64,000 bases of DNA. It comes from an uncultured Gammaproteobacteria bacterium (GTDB taxonomy: Bacteria > Pseudomonadota > Gammaproteobacteria > Magnimaribacterales > D2472). The translations under genes were made by a program, and so were the position numbers. Positions 30,414 to 38,689 of the stretch are shown here, in pieces. How positions within the stretch are numbered: the stretch's first letter is position 1; every line of letters starts with the position of its first letter. The stretch is taken from contig CAZTGS010000001.1 in assembly GCA_964613455.1 (NCBI GenBank), forward strand, positions 64,806 to 128,805, in the 5' to 3' direction. The notes under the pieces were generated by a model that made no database searches, was not told the DNA's origin, and saw nothing but the letters and a program-made list of their open reading frames with translations.

Positions 30414-31908
30414 TGACTACCTCATGATCACTAAAATATAAAAACTTACCATTTATTTCTTGAGTATTCTCATGGCCTTTTCCAAGAATAACTAGACAGT
30501 CATTGTCACCAATCATCTTACTTCCTTGGATAATTGCCTCTTTTCTATCCTCTATTGCCAGAACATCATGATTTTTCATACTATCGATAGCATCATTATA
30601 AATACTATTAAAACTTTCACTTCTTGAGTTATCAGAAGTAAAAATTACTTTTTTTCCATTCTGCATAGCAATTTTTAGCATTTTAGGTCTTTTTAGTTTA
30701 TCTCTATCTCCACCACAACCAAAAATAATTATTAAGTTATCAAAATAACTCTTTATGGATGACAAAAATAATTCAAAACCTTCGGCATTATGAGCAAAAT
30801 CAATAATAACATTTGCCGATATATCAGAAATAAGCTCAGTTCTTCCCTGGGGAAGATTTAAGAAAGATAAATTATTTGTATTTGAAGTAGAAAAATTTGC
30901 GAAGCCTATTGAACAAATAGCAAAGACAAGATTTTGAATATTAAAGTCAGGAAATAAAGAGGATGAGAATTTATAAGTCTTCTTGGAGTCTACCGGATAT
31001 CCAAATGGAGGATTGTTGATGGTTATTTGAAAAATTGATTTATTAAAATTAGATTCTATTATTTCATAATAAATATCTGAAAATTGATTTTCACTTCCTA
31101 TACAAGTTAGCTTATATGGGCTGTTCTTAATAAAGTCATAATCATCTCCTAGAGTTTTTAAGTTTTCGTTAATCAGCCTAACCTGACTTGTGGTATCAAA
31201 TATTGAAAATTTAGCATTAGCATAATTATTTAAATTTAGATGGTAATCTAGATGGTCCGTTCCTATATTTAAAATAGATGCAGAATTTAAACAGGACAGA
31301 TATTTCAATCTATCTTGAACAAGTGCATGGGAGGACATTTCAATACATACAGAAACAGAATCTTGAAAGTCATAGAACTTAAAAATATTAAATAGTTCAA
31401 AGATGTCAGGAGTAGTTTTTGATGAGAATGATTGGTTTATCTCTTCATTGTTGTGCTGAGTGCCTATTGTTCCGATATAAACTGATTCACAATCTTGAGA
31501 TATTAATAACTGATGACAAAGGTATGCAGTTGATGTTTTACCATTTGTTCCAGTAAAGGCAAAAAAATTATTTCTATTTTGAATATTGAGTATTTGATGA
31601 AATTCTTCTAAAAAATAATAGATTTTATCTCTTACAAAAAAATCATCGGCATCTTCGAGATCTTCAATATAAAAAACATTGCCTCTTTCAGATATATAAC
31701 TGGGATCATTATGGACAGCGATAGATGCACCAAGCTCCAATGCAAGTTCTATATGTTTACTGCCATGATTTGTTTCTCCTCTTAGTCCAAAAAAAATAGA
31801 GTCTTTTTTTACCTTATCTGTTGAATTAGTAGCATTGGTTATTTTAGTTTCAAGTGGAAAAGTCACCTCAAGTATTTTTTCTAATTCATTCATTTCCAAA
31901 ATATCCAA
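30397..31908 (-). CDS. murE: UDP-MurNAc-L-Ala-D-Glu--2,6-diaminopimelate ligase
   Basis: 503 aa with P-loop FTGTNGKTS and DFAHNAEGFE (DYAHTPD-like). Position between ftsI and murF. Confidence 0.9.
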   Translation of the reverse strand: MDILEMNELEKILEVTFPLETKITNATNSTDKVKKDSIFFGLRGETNHGSKHIELALELGASIAVHNDPSYISERGNVFYIEDLEDADDFFVRDKIYYFLEEFHQILNIQNRNNFFAFTGTNGKTSTAYLCHQLLISQDCESVYIGTIGTQHNNEEINQSFSSKTTPDIFELFNIFKFYDFQDSVSVCIEMSSHALVQDRLKYLSCLNSASILNIGTDHLDYHLNLNNYANAKFSIFDTTSQVRLINENLKTLGDDYDFIKNSPYKLTCIGSENQFSDIYYEIIESNFNKSIFQITINNPPFGYPVDSKKTYKFSSSLFPDFNIQNLVFAICSIGFANFSTSNTNNLSFLNLPQGRTELISDISANVIIDFAHNAEGFELFLSSIKSYFDNLIIIFGCGGDRDKLKRPKMLKIAMQNGKKVIFTSDNSRSESFNSIYNDAIDSMKNHDVLAIEDRKEAIIQGSKMIGDNDCLVILGKGHENTQEINGKFLYFSDHEVVNEIYK

Positions 31909-33502
31909 GATGATTTATTGAGCTTTCTGCAATAAGAGAAAATAATGGAGCTGCTACCGCTCCACCGCTGTATTTATTTAGGCTTGGTTCATTAATAGAT
32001 ACAAAAATAGTTAGAGAATTGTTTTCAATTGGAACGATTCCTACAAAAGTAGCTCTATATTTGTCTTCTTGATATCCGCCTCCAATTGATTTGTGAACAG
32101 TTCCAGTTTTACCACCTATATTAAAACCTTTTACTTTAGCTGCCTTACCAGTTCCAATTTTTACTACTTTTTGCAACGCTTCCAAGGTATGCCTCGCAGA
32201 TTCTTCTGAGATTAATCTTTTTTCAGGGACCTCATCAGATAATATTAATTTAAAATCTTTAAAGATCCCTTTGTTAGCAAAAACTGAATAAGCTGAAGTT
32301 ATTTGAAAAGGGCTTACTTCAAATCCATATCCATATCCCATAGATGCTATCTCTATTTCAGATATATTTTCTTGAATCTTTAAAAAACCAAATGCTGAAG
32401 AGGGAAAATTGACTGAAATAGGCCTAGAAAAACCAAAATCTAGGTAAGTTTGTTTTAAATTTTTATAACCCAACATCATTGCCACTTTTGATGCTCCAAC
32501 TTGACTTGAAAAAGCTATTACCTCTTTAGGAGTAAGCTTCTCATAACTTTTTGTATCAGTAATAATTTTATTTCCAATATTTAATCTTCTTGGTATATCC
32601 ATAAGACTGTCAGGATTTATAATTCCTTTATCTGTTGCACTAGAGAATACTATTGGCTTCAAAACAGATCCCATCTCATACGAATCAACTAAAGCTCTGT
32701 TCATTTGAATCTTTCTATCTGGACTATTGGGATTGTAGGAAGGATAGCTTGCAATTGCTAGAATCTCACCACTAGTATTATCAAATACGAGAACAGTTCC
32801 ACTTTTGGCGCTATTATCTTTGATAGCTTCTACAAGATGTTTATACGCATAGAATTGAATAGTTGAATCAATTGTTAATTTTATATCTTTTCCAGAGAAC
32901 GTTCTTTCTACCTCAATTGGTTTAGAGATAGTTATTTGCTTGGCATTTGTATAATATTTTTGTTTTCCTGGTGTGCCTGATAGAACTGAATCATAACTCT
33001 TCTCAATGCCTTCTAAGGCCCTATCTTTTCCATGAAAACCAATTAGAGGGGCTATTTGATCGCCTAATGGGTAATGTCTACTGTGCCTAACCTCAATTTC
33101 CAATCTATTAAAATCTAACCTATTAATAATTGCCTGTTCTCTAATTGTTAAGTTTTTCTTTAATAAAGTTTTTTTTATGAATGATGAGTCTTCTAATTTT
33201 ATATCCGCTATGGCAATTAAATCTTTAAGCTTCAAATATCTATCAAGGTTCAGGCCACCTAGGGCATATAAATCATAATTAACAACAGATACTGCAAGAG
33301 GAAAATTGTTTCTATCAAAAATAGTTCCTCTTACGGGATTTGTATCTTTATATTTTATATATCTCTTCTTTCCTTCATATTGTAAAAAGTTACTGTCAAA
33401 GACTTGGACAGAGATAATTTTTGAAGCAACTGCCAAAATAGAGAGGCTAAGACAAAGGCAAACAACTAGAAGCCTCCAATTTATGTAATTAGTCTTTTTC
33501 AT
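31886..33502 (-). CDS. ftsI: Peptidoglycan D,D-transpeptidase FtsI (PBP3)
   Basis: 538 aa with an N-terminal TM, SxxK (GSVLKP) and KTGT (GGKTGTV) motifs. Confidence 0.93.
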   Translation of the reverse strand: MKKTNYINWRLLVVCLCLSLSILAVASKIISVQVFDSNFLQYEGKKRYIKYKDTNPVRGTIFDRNNFPLAVSVVNYDLYALGGLNLDRYLKLKDLIAIADIKLEDSSFIKKTLLKKNLTIREQAIINRLDFNRLEIEVRHSRHYPLGDQIAPLIGFHGKDRALEGIEKSYDSVLSGTPGKQKYYTNAKQITISKPIEVERTFSGKDIKLTIDSTIQFYAYKHLVEAIKDNSAKSGTVLVFDNTSGEILAIASYPSYNPNSPDRKIQMNRALVDSYEMGSVLKPIVFSSATDKGIINPDSLMDIPRRLNIGNKIITDTKSYEKLTPKEVIAFSSQVGASKVAMMLGYKNLKQTYLDFGFSRPISVNFPSSAFGFLKIQENISEIEIASMGYGYGFEVSPFQITSAYSVFANKGIFKDFKLILSDEVPEKRLISEESARHTLEALQKVVKIGTGKAAKVKGFNIGGKTGTVHKSIGGGYQEDKYRATFVGIVPIENNSLTIFVSINEPSLNKYSGGAVAAPLFSLIAESSINHLGYFGNE

Positions 33503-33770
33503 TAATTTTAATCAAAATAGTTTGAGCTCTTTTTTTTACCATCCCAAGCTTTTCTTTGGAATCTTTCTCGATACTTGCTGGAGAATTTTCAGTGTGAAAT
33601 TGAGTTACAAGCTTAAGATTTAAATCTTTAAAATTAGCATATTCTATTAATAAATTTTGATTATTTCCATGGAGTCTATTTATTTCAAATGCGAGCTTAA
33701 TTTTTTCCAGGGCGAGAAAGCATGAACTAAATAATAGAGTACTTAAGATTATAGATTGTGCGTAACTCAT
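33489..33770 (-). CDS. ftsL: Cell division protein FtsL
   Basis: 93 aa with a TM, a coiled coil, and the SIEKDSKEKLGM motif. Position between rsmH and ftsI. Confidence 0.8.
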   Translation of the reverse strand: MSYAQSIILSTLLFSSCFLALEKIKLAFEINRLHGNNQNLLIEYANFKDLNLKLVTQFHTENSPASIEKDSKEKLGMVKKRAQTILIKINEKD

Positions 33771-34663
33771 TATATTTTTTTAAAGACTCTCATAATTGCA
33801 CTTCTAGATCTTTTATTTCTATCTACTTCTTCAAGACTAGGTCTTATTTTCTTTGCAATGCATGAAAATTCTTTATGTTCGATTGTATTTAATGGGATAT
33901 CTTTCGGATAATTTTTAATTTCTGGTCTAAAGAAATTCTTAACAATGTTATCTTCCAACGAATGGAAAGATATTATAACTATTACGGCATCTTTTTTAAT
34001 AATAGTACTTGCTTGTTTAAGTCCTTCTTTTAACTCCTCAAGTTCATTATTGATAAAAATTCTAAAAGCTTGAAAGGATTTTGTAGCTGGATGTATTTTT
34101 ATTCTTTTATCTGGATAAATTTCTTCAATAATTTGAGCTAACTGAATTGTTGTTTCTATTAATTTTTTTTCTCTAAATTTTAGAATAGAATCAGTAATAA
34201 TTTTTGCGTGCTTTTCATCACCATATTTATACAAAATATCCATAATCTCATTTCTGTCTGCTTTATTTATCCAGTCAGATAAAGGGAAGCCTTTTAAGGT
34301 ATTGAATCTCATGTCTAGTGGCCCATCGTGTCTAAAACTAAAACCTCTTGTTTCATCATCAAAATGAGTTGAGCATGTCCCTAAATCAAAAAGAATTCCA
34401 TCTACTGAATCTTTCTCAAAATAAGACTCTAATTTATTAAATGAATTATGTTTTGCAGTAAAGTTTTTATTATTAATATTAGAGGCATCAATAAATGCAT
34501 CTGGATCTTTGTCTAGGGATGTTAAATGTCCTTCTGATGAAATTCTATCTAGTATAGCTCTGGTATGTCCACCTCTGCCATAAGTACAATCTATATATAT
34601 ACCATCTTTTTTTTGGACGAGAAATTCTAAAGACTCTTCCAGTAGCACTGGAAAATGAAGCAT
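33770..34663 (-). CDS. rsmH: 16S rRNA m4C1402 methyltransferase RsmH (MraW)
   Basis: HFPVLLEE...DCTYGRGGHTRAIL...ISFHSLEDNIVK. Confidence 0.96.
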   Translation of the reverse strand: MLHFPVLLEESLEFLVQKKDGIYIDCTYGRGGHTRAILDRISSEGHLTSLDKDPDAFIDASNINNKNFTAKHNSFNKLESYFEKDSVDGILFDLGTCSTHFDDETRGFSFRHDGPLDMRFNTLKGFPLSDWINKADRNEIMDILYKYGDEKHAKIITDSILKFREKKLIETTIQLAQIIEEIYPDKRIKIHPATKSFQAFRIFINNELEELKEGLKQASTIIKKDAVIVIISFHSLEDNIVKNFFRPEIKNYPKDIPLNTIEHKEFSCIAKKIRPSLEEVDRNKRSRSAIMRVFKKI

Positions 34664-34664
34664 A

Positions 34665-35774
34665 TTAGTCTACTTGTTTTCTCATAAAAGTTGGTACATC
34701 AAGGAAATCAATTGCCTCTGCAGACGATGCACCAACTCTTTGATTGGTTTGTTCTTTATTTAATCCAACTGGATTAAGCTGAATTGTTGGTTGGTTATCT
34801 ATAACAAGAGATGGAGCTCTTTGATCAACACCAGTAGCCACTATAGTTACCAATAAATCATCCTTAACACTATCATCATAGACAAGTCCGTAAATAATAT
34901 TTGCGTCCTCATGCACTATTTCTTCGACTATATCTGCCACTTCTGTTTGGTCGCCCAAAGTAGGTTTTGCTGCAGTTATATTTACAAGAACGCCTCGAGC
35001 ATTCTTAAGATTTATGTCTTCAAGCAACTCACTTTTAACAGCTTGGGTTGCAGCAGCTTCTGCTCTCTTTTTTCCACTAGCCCTTCCTGTTCCCATCATA
35101 GCTATGCCTTTTTCTGACATTACAGTTTTTACGTCTGCAAAATCGACGTTAATGTGACCTTTTTTCATAATTATGTCAGATATCCCCTGAACGGCACCCT
35201 TTAGAACATCATCAGCCTTTGCAAATGCATCTTGCATTGCAGTATCTTCTCCAAGAATTTCATATAACTTTTGATTTGGAATAGTTACTAAACTATCAAC
35301 TTCCTCAACCAATGCTGCTAGACCCTTTTCAGCTGCAGACATTCTTTTTTTACCTTCAAATCTAAATGGCTTAGTTACAACAGCAACTGTTAAAGCACCC
35401 ATATCTTTTGCAATTGAAGCAACAACTGGAGCCGCTCCTGTGCCTGTTCCACCGCCCATTCCTGCTGTTATGAATACCATATCAGCTCCAACTAATAACT
35501 CTTCTATTGCAGCTCTATCGCTCTCAGCAGCTTTTCTTCCAACATCCGGATTTGCGCCTGCTCCTAAGCCTTTTGTTAAACCATTACCTAATTTAAGAGT
35601 AATAGCTCCATCAGCTTCAGAAAGTGCCTGAGTATCAGTATTCGCACATATAAAATCGACGCCTTGAATTTTATGATTGATCATATGGATTACGGCATTT
35701 CCACCTGCACCACCTACTCCCACTACTTTAATTTTAGCGCTTTCAACTGCCTGGCCTATTACTTCAAAGTTCAT
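34665..35774 (-). CDS. ftsZ: Cell division GTPase FtsZ (non-canonical position inside the dcw cluster)
   Basis: 369 aa with VVGVGGAGGNAV, the tubulin signature GGGTGTGAAP, NQKL, and the C-terminal peptide DVPTFMRKQVD. An AAGGGGA Shine-Dalgarno lies 6-7 nt upstream. Confidence 0.97.
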   Translation of the reverse strand: MNFEVIGQAVESAKIKVVGVGGAGGNAVIHMINHKIQGVDFICANTDTQALSEADGAITLKLGNGLTKGLGAGANPDVGRKAAESDRAAIEELLVGADMVFITAGMGGGTGTGAAPVVASIAKDMGALTVAVVTKPFRFEGKKRMSAAEKGLAALVEEVDSLVTIPNQKLYEILGEDTAMQDAFAKADDVLKGAVQGISDIIMKKGHINVDFADVKTVMSEKGIAMMGTGRASGKKRAEAAATQAVKSELLEDINLKNARGVLVNITAAKPTLGDQTEVADIVEEIVHEDANIIYGLVYDDSVKDDLLVTIVATGVDQRAPSLVIDNQPTIQLNPVGLNKEQTNQRVGASSAEAIDFLDVPTFMRKQVD

Positions 35775-35787
35775 TGTCTATCCCCTT

Positions 35788-36255
35788 TTAAAATGACATT
35801 GATTTAATGCTTTCTGGTAATACTACGTCTAATATCTCTGTTGATAGAGATCCGCCCATTTGTCTCATTTCCCAGTTATTAATATTCCATATTTCAAATT
35901 TATCGCCCATACCAATTAATGAGATTTGCTTTTCATCATAAATTTCTGCATATTTTCTTAATTCAGCTGGGATTAATAACAACATTCTTCCTTTTACATC
36001 TAAATCAATTACATTAGCATTGCCTAGAATAGTCCATTGGAGATTTCTTACTATTGGATCTAAGCCCTGCAATGACTGCAATTTAGATGAAATAATTTCC
36101 CACTCTGATTCAGGATAAATTTTTAATGATGGGTATTGCGGATCTTTGGTTACAACTATTTTAGTTTCATTGTTTTGCAATAAATGAGCACGGTATTTAG
36201 CTGGGATAGCTAATCTACCCTTTTGATCTAATGAAACCGTATTGAATCCAAACAT
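35788..36255 (-). CDS. mraZ: Transcriptional regulator MraZ
   Basis: 155 aa. MFGFNTVSLDQKGRLAIPAKYR plus a second DVKGRMLLIPAELR repeat gives the two SpoVT/AbrB-like halves. Confidence 0.95.
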   Translation of the reverse strand: MFGFNTVSLDQKGRLAIPAKYRAHLLQNNETKIVVTKDPQYPSLKIYPESEWEIISSKLQSLQGLDPIVRNLQWTILGNANVIDLDVKGRMLLLIPAELRKYAEIYDEKQISLIGMGDKFEIWNINNWEMRQMGGSLSTEILDVVLPESIKSMSF

Positions 36256-36262
36256 GCAACAA

Positions 36263-36291
36263 AATATAAAGCCTTTTTACACACTTTGCAA
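36263..36291 (-). promoter_or_regulatory. Predicted sigma70 promoter of the dcw cluster (Pmra-like)
   Basis: Minus strand: TTGCAA (36291-36286), 17 nt, TATATT (36268-36263). Only 7 nt (ttgttgc) separate the -10 from the mraZ ATG, and no Shine-Dalgarno sequence is present. Confidence 0.5.
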
Positions 36292-36304
36292 CACATTTAC
36301 ACAC
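36275..36304 (-). promoter_or_regulatory. Three direct 10-bp-phased GTGTK repeats (putative MraZ operator)
   Basis: Minus strand: GTGTGTAAAT GTGTTGCAAA GTGTGTAAAA. The period is exactly 10 bp, and the repeats overlap the -35 and spacer of the predicted promoter. Confidence 0.6.
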
Positions 36305-36336
36305 TTTTTCTCACTAGCAAAGAATATTAGCTAGTA

Positions 36337-36674
36337 AATGAGTTGGTCTGTAAGCCGGATTCTGTAAAAGATGATCATCTATCTCGATATTATGTTGCCA
36401 TAATACTCTAGCAACCTACCCAAATCCTAAGCGAGCAGCTTTATAGGATTTCTATTTGGTCTTGCTTCAGGCTGGGGTTTACAATGCCTTAACTGTCTCC
36501 AGTTAAGCGGTAGGCTCTTACCCCACCTTTTCACCCTTACCAATATAAAATTGGCGGTATACTTTCTGTTGCACTTTCCGTAGGCTTACGCCTCCCAGGT
36601 GTTACCTGGCGCCCTGCTCTGTGAAGTCCGGACTTTCCTCTAACAATAAATATTAGCGATCATCCAACCAACTC
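36337..36674 (-). ncRNA. rnpB: RNase P RNA, bacterial type A
   Basis: The minus strand reads GAGTTGGTTGG...GAGGAAAGTCCGGACTTCACAGAGCAGGGCGCCAGGTAACACCTGGGAGGCGTAAGCCTACGGAAAGTGCAACAGAAAG...GGTAAGGGTGAAAAGGTGGGGTAAGAGCCTACC...ACAGAATCCGGCTTACAGACCAACTC. P4 strands, the P1 pairing and conserved loops match E. coli M1 RNA. Ends are approximate (+/-5 nt). Confidence 0.93.
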
Positions 36675-36680
36675 GAGATT

Positions 36681-36686
36681 ATTATA
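36681..36686 (-). promoter_or_regulatory. Candidate -10 box (TATAAT) for rnpB
   Basis: A perfect TATAAT ends 6 nt upstream of the predicted rnpB 5' end, between the rsmI stop (36695) and rnpB. No convincing -35 is seen. Confidence 0.35.
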
Positions 36687-36694
36687 AATCTTTT

Positions 36695-37510
36695 TTAATC
36701 TAATAGTTGTTTATATATCTCTCTCTTATTCTCTTTGGTGATAAGTGAAATTAGTTTAGCTGCATCCTTAGCTGGCATTATTTTCAAGAAGGCCTCACTT
36801 ATTTTTTTGTCTAAAATAAATTTTGGTTTTAAAGATGAGTTTGCCTCTATAACAATTACAAACTCTCCCTTTAATATTATTTCATCTTTTTTTATTTTTT
36901 CTAGGATATTTGAAATAGTCCCTCTTTGAATATCTTCATAGATCTTAGTCATCTCTCTACACAAAGATATCTTTTTTGTCTTTGAGTAGTACTCATTAAG
37001 ATGCTCTAGAGTTTTTTCAATTCTTTTTGCAGATTCAAAAAGAATTATTGTATTTTTTTCATACTTCAAAGCATTAAAGAAATCTTTTTTATGAGTAGCT
37101 TTTCTAGGGACGAACCCTAAAAAACAAAAACTTGAAGTTGGAAGTCCTGAAAGTACTAAAGCATTTATTACAGATGATGGGCCAGGCAGTAAAGTAAATT
37201 TAATATCATTTTTAATACACTCTTGAACCAACAAATAACCAGGATCAGAAATTGCTGGCGTGCCAGCATCGGAAACCAATGAAATATTAATATTCTTATC
37301 CTTTAAAAGTTCGACAATATGTTTGCTAACTTCTATCTCATTATGCTCGTGAAGTGCTTGAGATTTTGTATCAACATTGATAAATTTTAATAGCTTATTT
37401 GTATTTCTGGTATCTTCAGCATATATATAATCTGAATTTTTAAGAACATCGATTGCTCTTAGTGATATATCATTTAGGTTACCTATTGGTGTTGATATAA
37501 GATTTAACAT
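36695..37510 (-). CDS. rsmI: 16S rRNA 2'-O-ribose C1402 methyltransferase RsmI
   Basis: LISTPIGNLNDISLRAIDVLKNSDYIYAEDTRNT, the tetrapyrrole-methylase fold N-terminus typical of RsmI/YraL. Confidence 0.92.
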   Translation of the reverse strand: MLNLISTPIGNLNDISLRAIDVLKNSDYIYAEDTRNTNKLLKFINVDTKSQALHEHNEIEVSKHIVELLKDKNINISLVSDAGTPAISDPGYLLVQECIKNDIKFTLLPGPSSVINALVLSGLPTSSFCFLGFVPRKATHKKDFFNALKYEKNTIILFESAKRIEKTLEHLNEYYSKTKKISLCREMTKIYEDIQRGTISNILEKIKKDEIILKGEFVIVIEANSSLKPKFILDKKISEAFLKIMPAKDAAKLISLITKENKREIYKQLLD

Positions 37511-37528
37511 AATTAAAAGAAATTAGAA

Positions 37529-38689
37529 GTGACAAAACCTAGCTTAACATTTATTTCATTATTACTGATCCTTGTTTTATCAGGATGTATATCGTCACCA
37601 GAAATTTTAAATATAAATAAAAATGATTCAGGTAATAAGTCATATATTTCTTCAATAATTAACAAAGATGCGGTCATTAAAGTTTCTAAATTGGAAGAGG
37701 TAACAACAATACTAGATGACCTATTTTTCTTCAAAAATTTAGATGATCAAAAAATCTCTTTGATTAATTTATATATAGATAATGATTTTCTAAATGAAGA
37801 AGGTATTTCAAGAGTTTCATCATTTTTATCTATAAACCAAAAAATAAAAAAAGCTGGAATCATTGAACTTAACTACCTAACAAGTGATGAAAATAAAGAA
37901 TATATTATTGAATCTGTATTAAAGGATGACTCAAAATTTAATGTGCAGTTTAATAAATCAAACGGTAATAAAATAAAAAATAATCTTCTAACCTCAAATC
38001 TATTATATTTTTGTAAAAGTATTATCGAAGAACAGAAAGAGTCGATTGAAGATTTAATATTCTCTTCAAAAAATAATGGGGATAATGTGATTGTTGTTTT
38101 CTCTAGGGACTTTGAAGAGCAAGCAAAATTATTAAAGCAAAAATATCCTGGAGTCAGATTGTCAAAGGTTGAGGATAATTTCGAGGAATTTACCAAAGAA
38201 ACTTTAGGTATAGATGACAGTTTGAAGAGGTTTAGTGCAATAGAATTGTTAGATAGAAATATTAAATTAGAAAGCAGCCCAAGGGAGAGGAAAGATTTTA
38301 GTGAAATATATTTTTTACTTACTCATGAAATAGGGAAGTCTATTATCCCTATTTTTAGAAGTTATTTGCTGGATATTAAATTCTTTTCCACAAGTGAGAT
38401 TATTCTGAATGCTACCGATATTAATCAATTAAATGATTTTGAAGGATTGTTTATACCATCCCCAGATTATTTCTTTAAAAAAATATTAGATAAAAAAGAA
38501 ATAAGGAGTTTTGATGATGAGTATAGAAAAGCTTTGACCAGTGATTTGATATTAGCTGAAAAACTTATGCAGTCAAACATAAGTAAGGCTTCTATATTAT
38601 TAAATACAGGCTCTGCAGTTTTTAATAGAAACGAATGTATAAAAAGGGATATCCCTATTTGGAAGATATCTCTAAATAGTCTTTATTGA
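37529..38689 (+). CDS. Outer-membrane lipoprotein, LpoA/LppC-like by position (short)
   Basis: Signal peptide plus lipobox LVLSGC (Cys20, +2 Ile). It is divergent from rsmI exactly as lpoA (yraM) is in E. coli and Pseudomonas. It is 386 aa versus about 600-680 aa. Homology is not verifiable by eye. Confidence 0.45.
   Translation: MTKPSLTFISLLLILVLSGCISSPEILNINKNDSGNKSYISSIINKDAVIKVSKLEEVTTILDDLFFFKNLDDQKISLINLYIDNDFLNEEGISRVSSFLSINQKIKKAGIIELNYLTSDENKEYIIESVLKDDSKFNVQFNKSNGNKIKNNLLTSNLLYFCKSIIEEQKESIEDLIFSSKNNGDNVIVVFSRDFEEQAKLLKQKYPGVRLSKVEDNFEEFTKETLGIDDSLKRFSAIELLDRNIKLESSPRERKDFSEIYFLLTHEIGKSIIPIFRSYLLDIKFFSTSEIILNATDINQLNDFEGLFIPSPDYFFKKILDKKEIRSFDDEYRKALTSDLILAEKLMQSNISKASILLNTGSAVFNRNECIKRDIPIWKISLNSLY

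Noticed and set aside
34665-35774. The possibility that the mraZ-adjacent gene is a divergent FtsZ-like paralogue (FtsZl or a tubulin-like accessory) rather than the housekeeping ftsZ.
   Set aside because: It has all canonical FtsZ motifs and the conserved C-terminal FtsA/ZipA-binding peptide, and no other ftsZ follows ftsA in the window. A second copy elsewhere in the genome cannot be excluded without the full assembly.
36313-36335. The hairpin ACTAGC-11 nt-GCTAGT at the rnpB 3' end, considered as an intrinsic terminator feature.
   Set aside because: It has a short 6-bp stem, a large loop and no following U-tract. It is too weak to call as a terminator and is mentioned only in the rnpB finding.
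37513-37734. A 73-aa minus-strand ORF spanning the rsmI / LpoA-like divergent region, and a 107-aa antisense ORF at 37873-38196.
   Set aside because: They overlap the signal peptide and lipobox-bearing plus-strand gene. They have no motif support, and the first would also nearly abut the rsmI start. They are treated as spurious.
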